Shown in pieces: positions 12,911 to 25,665 of a stretch of DNA of 64,000 nucleotides (within the stretch, counting starts at the first letter, position 1; the number at the start of each line of letters is the position of its first letter). A program made the translations under genes and the position numbers. The DNA is taken from contig NC_042998.1 of assembly GCF_006345805.1 (NCBI RefSeq), positions 84,506,001 through 84,570,000 on the forward strand. Reading direction: 5' to 3'. Below the pieces are notes generated by a model that saw only the letters and a list, made by a program, of their open reading frames with translations, was not told where the DNA came from and searched no databases. This DNA comes from Octopus sinensis (lineage: Eukaryota).

Positions 12911-14030
12911 CTAAAACAATTGCATGGTGTCAGAGTAAAACTATTTAAAAACACACAAACATAATTACATGCATTTTGTTTCATTTATGACACAACATAT
13001 TGATTATCAAATATCAAAGTCTTTCCACATAGATCTACAATTTATGGTTGGAATAGAGAATCAGTGATCAGGTCATAAATGCATGACAAAAGACTTTGAT
13101 GTTTGGTAATCTATGCAATACTGAATATTTTTAGAAAGTGAATGCAACAACTTTTGTGTTATATTAAATGTGACTATTGCTATACAAATGTAACATACTC
13201 ACTGATCACAGCAGAGACAATAAAACAGATAGTAGCATGAATGTTGGACTTAATATTTCCATAGCCTAAACCACTCCAATGGTTGTCTGAACAAGTTACT
13301 CCATTACTTTGCTAATAACACCTCTCAAATCTCCTTTCCTGCTTTGGAAAACACCACAATTACAATTTGTTGCCAGTTATCATAATTACCATGTTTATGT
13401 ACAATGTAATTTTATCTAGAATTGAATTCATGAGCTTTTTATTTCATACAGGATCCCAACACCTTTATTCACATGCTATAGTCCCAAAGAGCAACTCTGT
13501 TCACTTTCAATTACCATATCTGATATGCTTATGAATTTGTACTCAGCAGCATCACATTAAATAAAGGCTTTTTTAGTTCAATCCTAGCCTGAGTACATAA
13601 CAAGACATGGCAAATAAAGTTCTTGATAATGAAATTAAATCAAACCATTTGAAAAGTAGAATTTTTATGAAACAGAAAAAATTAACAGCCTGAAGAGTAA
13701 TTTATTTAGTCAGTTCTCAGCAATTCTCTGGCAAATATATATAAACTTCATTTTTTTCGACTTCCTTCCCTTCAACAACTAATAAATCCAATTAAAATTA
13801 TGTGTGTGCATGTGTAGACACGTGCATGCTCATGTACACACACAAATATACCATCTAATTCTGTTGCATTTTATTGATATTCTAGTTTTGCGGTATAAGC
13901 AATTACTTCAAACTGAACAAATGTTTATAGCAATCAAACTGCCATCTGTATACACAATATAATAAATCTGGTATCTACATCTGCCACCATTTATTATTTC
14001 ATGAGAAATAATCCAGCTCACCATTTACTC

Positions 14031-14284
14031 AGTGAGTGTGTGTGTGTGTGTGTACATGTGTGTGCATGTGCATGCATGTGTGTAATGCATGTATGTGCAT
14101 GTGTATACGTAGGTGCGTGTGTGCAGGTGCATGTACGTTTGTGTGTCCATGTGTGTGTCTATGTGCATGTGTACATGTGCATGCGTGCATGTGCACGTAC
14201 ATGTGTGTACGTGTGTATGCAGGTGTGTGTGTGTATGTTGGTGTGTGTGTGTGTGAGTATACATGTGTTTGTGTGTGTGTGTGG
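14031..14284. repeat. degenerate (TG)n/(TGCA) microsatellite
   Basis: Seen directly. Confidence 0.9.
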
Positions 14285-15785
14285 ATATGTGATTCAGCAT
14301 CTAGTGCTTAGCTACCAGCTGTTGTGTTAAGAACAATTCACAGGTCCAGCTAAAAGAAATATCATTCTGAAACCAAATCAATACCTTCTCATGGCATATT
14401 ACTTAGGGACTCCTTCCATCATGATTGACCATGGGTTTTCTGTTTCTCAACAAGATGCAGGCCAAGGAAAGAATTTTTAATAAAGGGATTCTATCAACTA
14501 TCCATTCATTCAAGCTTTCTCCTCTCTACACCACTGATAATTTCCAAGGGAAAGTCAACAGCCAATAAAGCTTGGGACCAGCATCATCACAGGAACTAGA
14601 ATGAATACACTGACAATGGTTACAGTGTTCTTCTTTACTAGGTCATCAAGCGATTAAACAAAGGCTCAGGCTACATAGTAAATAAAATTCTTGATAACGA
14701 AATTAAATCAAACCATTTGAAATGTAGCGTTTTTATGAAACAGAAAACAAAGTTAAAAGTCTGAAAAGTAATTTATTTTGTCAGTTCTCAACAGTAATTA
14801 ACTGACAAAAATATATAAATTTCATTCCATTTCAACTTCCTTCTTCTAAACAATAAATTCAACTCCTCACACTCTTATGAAATTATCCACCCTCTCTGTA
14901 CCTCCATCTCCCTCTACTGTCTATATTCTCTCTTATATTGACCTTCTTGAACCTTCAGAGTTCACTCTAGTACTATATTATTACCAACTTTATATTCTTC
15001 CCAGGTATCCCCATGCCTTATATAATGCAGAGTAGACATATTTTTCCTTTAAATCAAGATACCTGTGCTTGAATCTCTATCATAGCCACCTCCCCACAAA
15101 TACATTCCCACTCAGACGAGGGTTTTTTCCCTTTTCGTTTCTTGTAAGTTACACAATACACACTGCAAAAGTGATTGGCATTAGGAAGAGCACCCAACTG
15201 AAGAAATCATGCCAAAACTGACATTGAAGTATTGTTCAGTCCTGTGGCTTGTCAGATCCTATCAAACCATCCAACCCATGCTAGCATTTTCTCCCTAACT
15301 ACAGAGAACTGCATTCCTACCTGACCCCTAAATCATTCCTCTTTTTCACTCTCCCATCACCTTTTTTTCTATTGAAAGCATAGTCTCCAAAATGTTACAA
15401 TTCTTTCTCCTCTTAAGCATTAAACTAATTCAAAATTTGTTAAAACTTGTCCCTCCAGTGTTGTTTTTTTGCACTCATTGCTTAAAGGGTGCTCCAGCAT
15501 GGCCGCAGTCAAATGACTGAAACAAGTAAAAGAATATATATATAGTGGGGCTCTGAAAGGGGTCTCAGGGAGTAGTGTCCCTACCTTCCTGAGCTAGTTT
15601 TTCACCACATTTCTTAAAAATCATAGTAGATGCAACACCCAGAATGGGAATCAAACACATGATCATGCAATTATAAGTGCAACACTTAAACCACTGAGCT
15701 ATGCACTTTCTAAATAAACATAAACATATATATATATATATATATATATATAACCCAAAAATAAGCAACAAGAATGGATCAGTAG

Positions 15786-15871
15786 TTTAGTACAATTGTT
15801 TCATACTACAAACATTTTATTAAAGCTGCAAATATTACAGCAAATATAATGTCAAGTACTCTTCAGCTAAA
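15786..15871 (-). ncRNA. type I hammerhead ribozyme (minus-strand copy)
   Basis: Minus strand: TTTAG-CTGAAGA-GTACT...AGTAT-GAAA-CAATTG-TA-CTAAA. Confidence 0.85.
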
Positions 15872-16280
15872 TTTCATATAGGTTTTCCAAACATCTTAGA
15901 GAGTGTAAATATCCTTATAAAGTTATAGAAGTGAGTTCCAGGAACTTGAAATAAGATTCCAAGCAGACTATATATGTTTTCCAACAATACAAAGTTATTA
16001 AATTAATTATTGACATCTCAGAGAAGGTAAATCTACTCATAAAGATGTGGATAACAGTTAGATGCGAACTTAACCGTGGTCTGATCGGCATCTTTCCTCA
16101 TGTTTCTTGAAATTTATATCCACATCTTCTCTGAGATGTCAATAATTAATTTAATAACTTTGTATTGTTGGAAAACATATATAGTCTGCTTGGAATCTTA
16201 CTTCAAGTTCCTAGCACTCACTTCTATAACTTTATAAGGATATTTACACTCTCTAAGATGTTTGGAAAGCCTATATGAAA

Positions 16281-16366
16281 TTTAGCTGAAGAGTACTTGA
16301 CATTATATTTGCTGTAATATTTGCAGCTTTAATAAAATGTTTATAGTATGAAACAATTGTACTAAA
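16281..16366 (+). ncRNA. type I hammerhead ribozyme
   Basis: Stem I TTTAG/CTAAA, core CTGAAGA (16286-16292), extended stem II GTACT/AGTAT, GAAA (16350-16353), palindromic stem III ACAATTGT, GUA triplet with cleavage predicted after 16361. Confidence 0.85.
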
Positions 16367-16498
16367 CTACTGATCCATTCTTGTTGCTTATTTTTTGGTT
16401 ATAATCACCCCACATCATTTTATGGTTAATACCATAAAAAAATTCTGGTGCATCTAAGTACCATATTCTTTTGAATCTAAATTGTTTTGCTGAAATAT

Positions 16499-16532
<34 letters not shown>

Positions 16533-16537
<5 letters not shown>

Positions 16538-16745
16538 TTTAATGTCCGTTGTCAATGCTAGCATGGGTTGGAAGGTTTGACTAGAGCTGGCAAGCTGCAC
16601 TAGACTCCAGTTTGATCTGGCATGGTTTCTATGGCAAGATGCCCTTCTCAATGCCAACCACACTGTGTGCTGGGTGCTTTTACGTGGCACCACGTGGGTG
16701 CCTTTATGTGGTGTCGCACAGGTGTTTTTACATGGCACCACCATG
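16533..16745 (-). mobile_element. RTE-LINE 3' UTR/tail fragment
   Basis: Matches the 3' end of the RTE at 57896-58160 (CATGCTAGCATGGGTTGGA...GATGCCCTTC..AATGCCAACCAC). Confidence 0.8.
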
Positions 16746-17719
16746 GAACATATACAATTTGTGGAAATCCACCCAATTCTCTAACACTCCCATCAATCCA
16801 CAGCTCTAGATTCGTACTATTTTATTAACATCATCTTCTGCCTACCCTCAAAAAGATGAAAAGCAAAGTTGGCATTAGTAGAATCTGAACACACAGTGCA
16901 GACATTCTATCCAATGTTAACAAGACTACCAATTTGTCTCCAAGAAGTCACATGTATCATGAAATAAAAACAAACTATAGAGTACTTTGCTTCTGGTATA
17001 TGTTTATAACTGTCATTCTAAAATTAAAAGATTGTACACTTATGTCTACTGATTCCTGGTGAATTCGTCAGTGGTTTCCATACACATGCTGGACTGTCCA
17101 TGGTGAAGACATTTAGTTTTCACAATCAGTTCAGCTATAAATAATGTATAGCTACAACTTTCTCCTGTAAGAAGTGGAGTCACTAAGTAATTTGTTTCAT
17201 TAGCCTTAAATGACCATATTATAAGAGTTTATTGTTTCTTAACTATGATAGAAGCACCTACACCTTGTCTGATATCTGGTGCAGCTACCATCAAAGTCTT
17301 CAGTCAAAAAGGCCATTAATGGGGACTTGACAGTCCTTAACAAGTTACTCATATAGCATCTGTTTAAGGATCCTGCTATCCTTCTAAGATTATATATATA
17401 TATATTAGTATGTTGATAGGGTTAAAATTCATGCTGCATTTTGTTGAAGTACATCTGTTTATTCCAGTACTACTATCTGAAGAATTTCTAGTAGGATTGA
17501 TCTTGTGTGTTTCTCTTACATGAATAATTCTGTAACTCCTATTAGCAAATGAAACACATGCAATAGTGAATAAATAAGACTAAATATGTTTCCCGATCTC
17601 CTTTTTTGAGATTATATATGTTATAAGGTGGTTGGTATTAAGAAGGGCAGTCATAGAAACCATACCAAAATAGAAATTGGAGTTTGATGCAGTCCTCTGA
17701 TGTATTGGATCCTGTAAAG

Positions 17720-17984
17720 CAGTGGTTCCCAAAGTGGGCAGTATTGCCCTACTGGTGGTGGTGAAAAGTTCGAAGGGAACATTGAAGTGGGGTGATAATG
17801 GGGTAGTGTTTCATGTAAAAACAACAAAATTAGTTCATTAAGTTAAGTTTTATTTGTGAAATCGTTGCTTTGAATTTGCTTCAGAAAGAAGTCTATACTT
17901 GTGATAGTTAGCTGGAGTGGGGGTGCTTGGAATGTGGCCTGGGTATCAAGGGGGTAGCAGCCTGAAAATGTTTGGGAACCACTG
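17720..17984. mobile_element. hAT-superfamily MITE
   Basis: TIR CAGTGGTTCCCAAA / TTTGGGAACCACTG with a perfect 8-bp TSD CTGTAAAG on both sides; inserted into an RTE tail. Confidence 0.92.
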
Positions 17985-18741
17985 CTGTAAAGTTATCCAG
18001 TCAATGCCAACACAGAATAGGATGATAAATAATGTATATATGAAAACACTAGAACATGCTTTTCAGTCTCTGTCTCACAAATTCACTTGCATAGGTTTGG
18101 TTGGCCTAGGGCTATAATAGAAGATATTTGTCTAAAAGGTTGCACAATAGGACTCAATCCAAAATCATATGACTACAAAGTAAACTTAACCACAGAAGCA
18201 TATTTTACTTGTACTATACACATGGTTTGAGATAAAGTTTAATGGAGATCAGTCAACCTAAACAAATGTTTCTTTTAAGGCCACTTTCCCTGCTAAAGTG
18301 AAGCAAGAGTTGCTCATGACATTTTCCATTTTCCTTTATCCTCAAAACCCCTCTCACTCATTCCTCCCAACCTCTATTTCCTTCCACACTCATCTTCATC
18401 ATTTCTTTCACCAATGGTGTTAGAATTGGTTGAAAATGAGTCATGACATGAACGATGCTATCTTGGCCAAGATACACTTTGATGATTATAAACTCAGAAA
18501 CACAAGCTAACGAAACAATTATACAGTGATTCCACTTGTTGCAGATGAGAGCAGTACTTGTACAGATTATTTATAGCTGAACTGACAGTGAAAATAAAAG
18601 GGCTTTGATCATGAACACAATGCAGCATCAGGCTACAAACCATTGACCCCCTTCACCAGTTATCAGATGCACTACTTTGTCATTAAACCCAATACAGTCA
18701 CCAGGTACCTGTAAGAGATCAAACAAATATAACTACCTCTA

Positions 18742-19045
18742 GTAGCACATGGCCTAGTGGTTAGTGCAGTGGACTTGCAGTCAAGGGATCTCAGGTTCGA
18801 ATCTCAGACTGAGTGATGTGTGTGTTTATGAGCGAAATACCTAAGCTCCATGCGGCTCTGGCAGAAGGTAATGGTAAACTTCTAATTCTTTCACCACAAC
18901 TTTCTCTAACTCTTTTCTCCTGCATCTAGCAGCTCTCCTCCAACAGACCAGTGTTTTGTCCAGGTGGGGAACCTATATGCCAAAGAAACTGGGAAACCAG
19001 CCCTGATGAGCCAGGCATGGTTCAAGAAGGAACAAACAACAACAC
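18742..19045 (+). mobile_element. tRNA-derived SINE (family C-like), full length
   Basis: A box TGGCCTAGTGG, B box GGTTCGAATCT, (AAC)n tail. Confidence 0.75.
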
Positions 19046-19066
19046 AGTAGCATCAAGCTAACATCT

Positions 19067-19184
19067 CTAGCATCCATTCCCGGGGCAGCCTAGCATCCAT
19101 TCCTGGGCAGCCTAGCATCCATTCCCGGGCAGCCTAGCATCCATTCTCGGGCAGCCTAGCATCCATTCTTGGGCAGCCTAGCAT
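19067..19184. repeat. 22-23 bp minisatellite, about 5.3 copies (CTAGCATCCATTCYYGGGCAGC)
   Basis: Seen directly. Confidence 0.95.
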
Positions 19185-19464
19185 ATGCTATCAACAGCTA
19201 ACTTGACTGAGCCATAAAAAATTAAGTGAGGTGCCCAAATACAACAATATGCTATCTGCAGATTTGAACTCAAGACTGGCAATCCAATTAGGTTGTTGGT
19301 ATATTTAGCTTCATTGAGTACCTAAGCTGATGGAGTGTTCAGAAGAAGTGCAACAATAACTGGTGTTTAGCATCAAAATAATGATTGTGTTTCACAAAGG
19401 TTTAGTTTGCATATGAAATCAAACTTTCTATGGTAAGCTACAAGTGAGTGTGTGTGTGTGTGTG

Positions 19465-19735
19465 TAGGCGTGGCTATGTAGTAAGAAGTCTGCTTCTCAA
19501 CTACATGGTTCTAAGATCAGTCAATGTGTCTTTGTATCTGTCTGTCCCCAACCACCTCTTGACAACCAATGTTGATGTGTTTACACCTTCATAACATAGC
19601 AGTTCTGAAAATGGTACTGATAGAATAAGTACCATGTTAAAAAAAAAGTACTGGGGTTGATTCAACTAAAAATTCACCAAGGCAATGCCCCAGCATGACC
19701 ACAGTCTAATGACTGAAACAAGATAAGAGATAAAT
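19465..19735 (+). mobile_element. SINE family A, internally deleted
   Basis: Head and tail match the family. Confidence 0.8.
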
Positions 19736-20992
19736 AAATAAGCATTACAGCAAATAGTCATTATAGCATTAATCAACACCATATCAAAATATTACAGACT
19801 GTAGCCACTAGTAACCTATTGTCACTGGGGAAAATATCCCTAGTTTTACATTAGAGTAATGTATATCAAGGTCAGTAATGTACTAAAAGGTCACCTGAGA
19901 TGTGTTGTGCCCATGGTGGGGATTAAATTTTAATGACCTAATTTCACTCAAAAGGCAGAAGACACACTTGCCCAAGATGCCACACAGTGGGACTGAACTT
20001 GAAAGCATACAGTTGTGAAGCAAACACCTAAACCACAAAGCTATGCTTGTGTCTATAACAAGATAATATATATATACATATATATATATAATCTGCTTGA
20101 TCCCTTCTCTGACACAACTGATATCTCAAACATGAATTATAATTAAAAGCAAAAATGTTGAAGGGAAAAAGTCACACAAGAGAATAAAGAAAATTACTGA
20201 TCCACCTTTTTTTTTTCTATGTGTGTCTGTGTTTTATGTATGCTGTAACCAAGCAATTTTTTAAAGTAGAAATGGGGAATAAGGAAAAGCATGGAAATAA
20301 TACAAGAGTGCAAAACTATTTTCAGACTCAACAGCAACTGGATTACCTGAAAGCAGACTAAAATTAAATATAACTCCAGCTACTGGTTTCTTAGTCATAC
20401 TTATCCTCTTTTATGACATGTTTTTTTTTAATTTTTTTAAATTTATTTATATTCTATTTTATTCATTTATTTATTTAGATATTTCAATGTACTATATAGT
20501 TACAGAAGCTAAAGAGTAATAGAAATATAAAAAAAAAACCTAAGATAAGAGAAGTACATATAGCATAAAAAAAATGTAGACACCTTTGATGAGAATCCAA
20601 TAAGGTTCAAAAAATGATTAAAGGTCTTCATGTTTGCAATTTATGGAGAAATCACTAAATCAGCACTGTTTATAGGTCTATTATATAGTTTGCATATAAA
20701 TGAAGCCGGTATCCAAAATGCAAAGGGCTTAAAAGAATACTATATCTTTTCAATGTTAGAGATATGAGAAAATGAGAAAACTTCTGAATAGTCACACTAT
20801 ATGCTAGAAATGACATTCTGCATAAAGAGCACCTCTATCAGTGCCACGTATAAAGCACTCATAACACTGGAATGGCATCCACCAGTAGAAACCACACCAA
20901 AACATATTTGGAGCCTGGTATAAATCTCCAGTTAGTCTGCTACTGTCAAACCATCCAACCCATGCCAGCATAGAAAATGGATGTTAGATGAT

Positions 20993-21200
20993 ATTTATTT
21001 ATTGCCCACAAGGGGCTAAACAGAGTGGACAAACAAGGACAGACAAAGGGATTAAGTCGATTACATTGACCCCAGTGCGTAACTGGTATTTATTTAATTG
21101 ACCCCGAAAGGATGAAAGGTATAGTCAGCCTCGGCGGAATTTGAACTCAGAACAGAGTAGCAGACGAAATACCGTCAAGCATTTCACCCAGTGTGCCAGA
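20993..21200 (-). mobile_element. SINE family B variant with a different 3' tail
   Basis: Family B body plus a CTGTTTAGCCCCTTGTGGGCAATAAATAAATA tail. Confidence 0.8.
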
Positions 21201-21254
21201 TGATGATCACACACACACACAACTAAAACAGATAAATACAGGTAAATTAAATAC

Positions 21255-21292
21255 CATACAAAAGATTCTTGATTTATTAAAATTATCTGTGC
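21255..21292 (-). CDS. candidate short internal exon (AQIILINQESFV/C)
   Basis: cacatcctctacag|...TG|gtattt, 38 nt, phase 0-2, bridges the 21705 and 12910 exons in frame; short enough to be chance. Confidence 0.35.
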
Positions 21293-21704
21293 CTGTAGAG
21301 GATGTGTTATAATTATTGAATGGAAATTAAGATCTGCTCTACTTGAGATGAGTAGATAGAATCAAGAATTCTCCAAAGTTGAGATGTCATTAAGAAAAAG
21401 AATTGGAAATTAGATGACCGTCATATGCTTAATAACCATCATCAGTACAACAATGGTCTGACAGTATCTTCAATAGCCAAGGGACTCAGACTTATACAAA
21501 AAGGAGTAGAACACATTTATGGCCTACTTAATATGCATAATTTAAGCAAAATTAAACTGAGGAGACAGAGATAAATTTAATAAATTATTTTATATGTTGT
21601 ATGGTATTTCATATACCTGTATTTGTCTACGCTGTTCAAATACATGCCTTGACTACTCTGACCTATTTCTCTTAGCTCATTTTTGTTTAAATTATATATA
21701 TTAC

Positions 21705-21836
21705 CAAAGTGACTTCTTCATGCATGAGTATATGATATATTATCAAATGTGATAATTCATATTTCCAGTGATCAATTACATTTAAATGGAGAAGACATTT
21801 CAAACAAGTTTTGTTTGCTTTCAAAGTACATCTCAG
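21705..21836 (-). CDS. candidate internal exon (LRCTLKANKTCLKCLLHLNVIDHWKYELSHLIIYHILMHEEVTL)
   Basis: ttctgtttgttcag|...TTG|gtaata, 132 nt, phase 0-0, open. Confidence 0.55.
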
Positions 21837-22169
21837 CTGAACAAACAGAATTTGAAACAGCAACGTAGATGTTACAGTAAATCTAGCAATTAGCAATATT
21901 TCGAGTTAGGTGGAGGGGAAAAAAAAATGAAATTGAAATAACATGTACCAAAATTCTTCGAAGCAGGAATGTGATAAAGATAAATAAACAATATTCGTTT
22001 CTTCATCTTTAAAAGATTACATAATCAGATTTCATATTACTTTGATACTTGTTTTCTGCTTCAAATTGTAAATATTTTCAAAGCATACAACAGAAAAATA
22101 TACAAAAGTGCATCTAAGATGTACTACTGACGTCATTTTCCAAGTGAAATAACTGCAGGGGAAGTACTT

Positions 22170-22790
22170 AGCTAAAAGTAATCTGGAGTAAGCATTGATA
22201 CAGTTCCATATTCTGTAATCCAGTGATTGCTAAGGGAAATAGAGATAGATGAATGATTTGTGAGGGTCATACAAGCCCTGTACTGAGGCACAGTCAGCCA
22301 GTTGAGAGCAGTGAATTCTGTCAACATGTAGGCAGAGGTTCAACAAGGCTCAATCCTCAGTCCAATTCTTATAATAAACATAATAAATTAAACCAAAACA
22401 GTATACTGATGACCTAGTTCTTGAAGCTGAATCTAGAGAAGATTTAGAGAAATTCTAGCTCTGAGAGTAAAGTCTAGAATTGAGAGGCTTCAAAGTAAAG
22501 TTAGCAAAAACTGAAGTGTTAGTAAACACCAAAAAGAAAACTACTACAATCAAGGATATCGCTAAGCTTGATATGCAGACAAAGGGTATGTAGAAATTCC
22601 ATATGGTGTATCCTTCCTAAACTATGGATATACAAAAGAGTATAATGGGTTCCCAGGTAGGCTAAAAAAGGAGGCAGACGTCATATGAAACAAATATACA
22701 AGAATAGTTAAAAGTAAAAAATACATAAATTTCTTCCAATTCTCAGCAGACTCCATAGTGATTAACAACTTTCATTACCTAGATGATTGT
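22170..22790 (+). pseudogene. highly decayed RTE-LINE RT fragment (continues at about 23330-23610)
   Basis: Remnants such as RVIQALY, VQQGSILSP, YTDDLVL and KVKLAKTEVLV parallel the RT at 58144-59995. Confidence 0.7.
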
Positions 22791-23750
22791 GACAGAGTGG
22801 GTCATGCTCCAAGGATGGAAGGGCTCAACTGAGGAACCTGACTATCAGGAGAAGAAGTGGGAAATTTGAGAGGCCTCTTTTGAGATTGAGTGGGGTTTGT
22901 TAAAACAGACCTGCAATAAGAGTCTCTGCACATTCTAGTTTCTGATAAAGTTAAGATCAAGTCATTAATATTCCAGGTCTTTGCAGGAAGAATCAAGCAA
23001 TACAAAGCTGACTGTAAATAATACTCAACATGGCAATGTTGAGTGTTATTTGTTCAAGGCAATGCTCCAGCATGCCCACAGTCTGATGACAGGAACAACT
23101 AAAAGATAAATTCTGCAGCTTCAAAACACTGTACTCCAGCTTGCAAGTCCCAGGCCTGGCACAAATGCTTCCTTTCTAAAGTAAATTCCATGCAGGAATG
23201 TTCCATGAGCTTTCTTTAAAAGCTGGAACGAATGAAATCATAGCTTCAATGATTGAGGAGTCCTTTTCAAAGTCATTCTCAAGATAAGGTGAGAGAATTT
23301 TTCTTCATAGTACAGTGATCTAATTATCAGTTAAGGTGGGTGCACAGGAAACCAAAGTAAATTGGGTGGGGAAAATTCAGGGAGCTCTTACTTCTACTGA
23401 AGGTTTCTCCTTTGAGTGACTATAGATAGTATGATGTTCGTATAGAAAGAGCAATATAGCATGGTAGTAAGACATGGGCCATGTATGCAGAGGATTTGCA
23501 AAGACTAGAAAGAAATGAGGCAAGCATGATTTAATGTACATGTAATGTTAGTATGCATAAATGATGGAATACAAGTAAACTGAGAGAAAAAACTAAATGT
23601 AAGAAGAATTGGCTTAAGTGTGCGAGACCAAAAACTGTGTGTGAGTGTAGAGAGAGAGATGGGGGAGACAGAAATATGTAAGTTTAAACAAAATATATGT
23701 ATGCTTAGATATAAAAATGTTTAAATAAATATATTTATGTTTAAATAAAT

Positions 23751-23785
<35 letters not shown>

Positions 23786-24264
23786 GGTTTCAACTTATAA
23801 ACAATTATGTTTAAATATAAGTGAATACCTGTTAAAATAGACAAATATTTATATAAAACTGTAATGAAGAAAGCTGTACCAATGTTTTTGGGAAAATATT
23901 AAATGTAAACAAATATTAAATTTTCACCTTCAAGATTTAATGATCAGATTATTTTATGATAAAATACTTCGTCTTAAAGAGTAACAACATGGAGAAGATA
24001 TCCAACACCCATACAGTGCAGCATTTGATCCCATTTTCTCTACACTTCAACAACATGTGGTTATAATCTACCCATTCCCCACTGTTCCTTGTTCTCATAC
24101 AATATCATATTTGATCTCACTTTGTCCACATATGATATTACTACCATATTCAGTTTGAATTCAGATATATTCTCCTGTCCCCATTCCCTCATTGTGAAAG
24201 GGTATTTTTATTCAAAAGTTAAGATAAAAATAGTTGAATGATGATACACACACACACACACACA

Positions 24265-24459
24265 CAAGGGGGAGTTGAAAAGTTCCTGGCTTTAAGGGTA
24301 TTGTGAAAGGCCTGGTTAGAGGCCCAACCTTCCAAGTTCTTTTACAGGGTTTAGAAAAACTGAAGTGTGTGAATCTGAGAGGGGAATATGTTCAATAAAA
24401 TCATAATTAACCGATCCTCTTGTATTTCCTTTTACCCAAAGCCAGGAACTTTTCAGCAC
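24265..24459. mobile_element. Tc1/mariner-like MITE
   Basis: Inverted ends GTTGAAAAGTTCCTGGCTTTAAGGGTA / TACCCAAAGCCAGGAACTTTTCAGC within (CA)n. Confidence 0.7.
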
Positions 24460-24534
24460 ACACAAACAAATACATTCTACAATGCTTCAAGTAAATTACA
24501 ATGTACATATAACTATATATATATATATAAGTAC

Positions 24535-24813
24535 CATCCAAACGTGGCCAATGTCAGCACCGCCTTAACTGGTTTCTGTGCCGGTGACACGTAAAAAGCC
24601 CCAACTGATTGTGGCCGTTGCCAGCCTCGCCTGGCACCTGTGCTGGTGGCACATAAAAAGCACCCACGGAGTGGTTGGCACTAGGAAGGGCATCCAGATG
24701 TAGAAACACTGCCAGATCAGACTGGAGCCTGGTGCAGCCTCCTGGCTTCCCAGACCCTGGTCGAACTGTCCAACCCATGCTAGCATGGAAAACAGATGTT
24801 AAACAATGATGAT
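24535..24813 (+). mobile_element. RTE-LINE 3' UTR/tail
   Basis: ...CCAACCCATGCTAGCATGGAAAACAGATGTTAAACAATGATGAT. Confidence 0.85.
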
Positions 24814-24879
24814 ATATATATAAGTAAATAGGATGTAGAGACCTATTCTAAGGTATATATATAATGTTATATGTATCTT

Positions 24880-25145
24880 ATGTTTTACTTGTTTCCATCA
24901 TTGGACTGGCCATACTGGGGCATTGATGAAGGGTTTAGTCAAACAAATCAATCCCAGTACTTACTTTGTTTTTAAGCCTGGTGCTTATTCTACCAATCTC
25001 TTTTGTTGAACTGCTAAGTAAAAAGGACGAACAAAACTGGCATCAGTTGTCAAGTGGTGGCAAGGAACACACACTCATAAAGGCTTGATTAGCCTGGACC
25101 TAACGAAGGTACTTGCCCAAGGTTCCACACAGTGGGACTGAACCC
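24880..25145 (-). mobile_element. SINE family A (degenerate)
   Basis: Similar to 571-997. Confidence 0.75.
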
Positions 25146-25384
25146 TATAATTACCTAAGTGAATCAAGAACCAAGAGTTTCAAGAGCATGGCACTTATCA
25201 GTCTGGTATATGCCATGCACAAAACTATTACCCCTCGAGTCATTTATGTAACTTTATAGCCAATTACACCCCACCCACACAGAGTCTTATGTACTGAGTT
25301 CTTACCCAACATCTCTTTCCTTTTCTCCTGCCAACAGATATAACTTCTGGTTTCCTCCTAGATTGTAACTAAAAACTGCACTTC

Positions 25385-25665
25385 ATTATCATCATCATTT
25401 AGCATCTGCTTTCCATGCTGGCATGGGTTAGACAGTTTAACTGGAACTGGCAATCCAGAGAGTGGCACTAAGTTCCAGTCTGATTCAACATGGTTTCTAA
25501 GGCTAGATGCCCTTCCTAATGCCAACCACTCCAGGACTGTAATGGATGCCTTTCACGTGTGACTGGCACAGGTGCCAGTCATATGACACTGGCACTGGCC
25601 ACAACTATGATTTCGCTTGGCTTGATGGGTCTTCTCAAGCACAGCATATGACCAATCATCGCCTC
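25385..25665 (-). mobile_element. RTE-LINE 3' UTR/tail
   Basis: (CAT)n followed by the shared tail sequence. Confidence 0.8.

Larger units (their letters stand above)
15749..16500. mobile_element. foldback element with 278-bp inverted arms (15749-16026 / 16126-16403), Penelope pseudo-LTR-like, between (TA)n tracts
   Basis: Arms are reverse complements with only a handful of mismatches; each carries a hammerhead motif. Confidence 0.85.

Noticed and set aside
13690-13750. CTGAAGA hammerhead-like core in the direct repeat
   Set aside because: No GAAA, stem III or stem I partner downstream
17040-17075. Minus-strand CTGACGA-ATTC/GAAT hairpin
   Set aside because: GAAA absent after stem II
18742-18812. 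tRNA-like sequence
   Set aside because: Cloverleaf incomplete and continues into a SINE body and tail; a SINE head rather than a tRNA gene
19067-19184. CRISPR-like short repeats
   Set aside because: No unique spacers, eukaryotic context, no cas genes
25165-25210. Minus-strand CTGATAA...GAAA hammerhead-like trace
   Set aside because: C3-A8 mismatch, broken stems II and III and no clear cleavage triplet; at most a fossil
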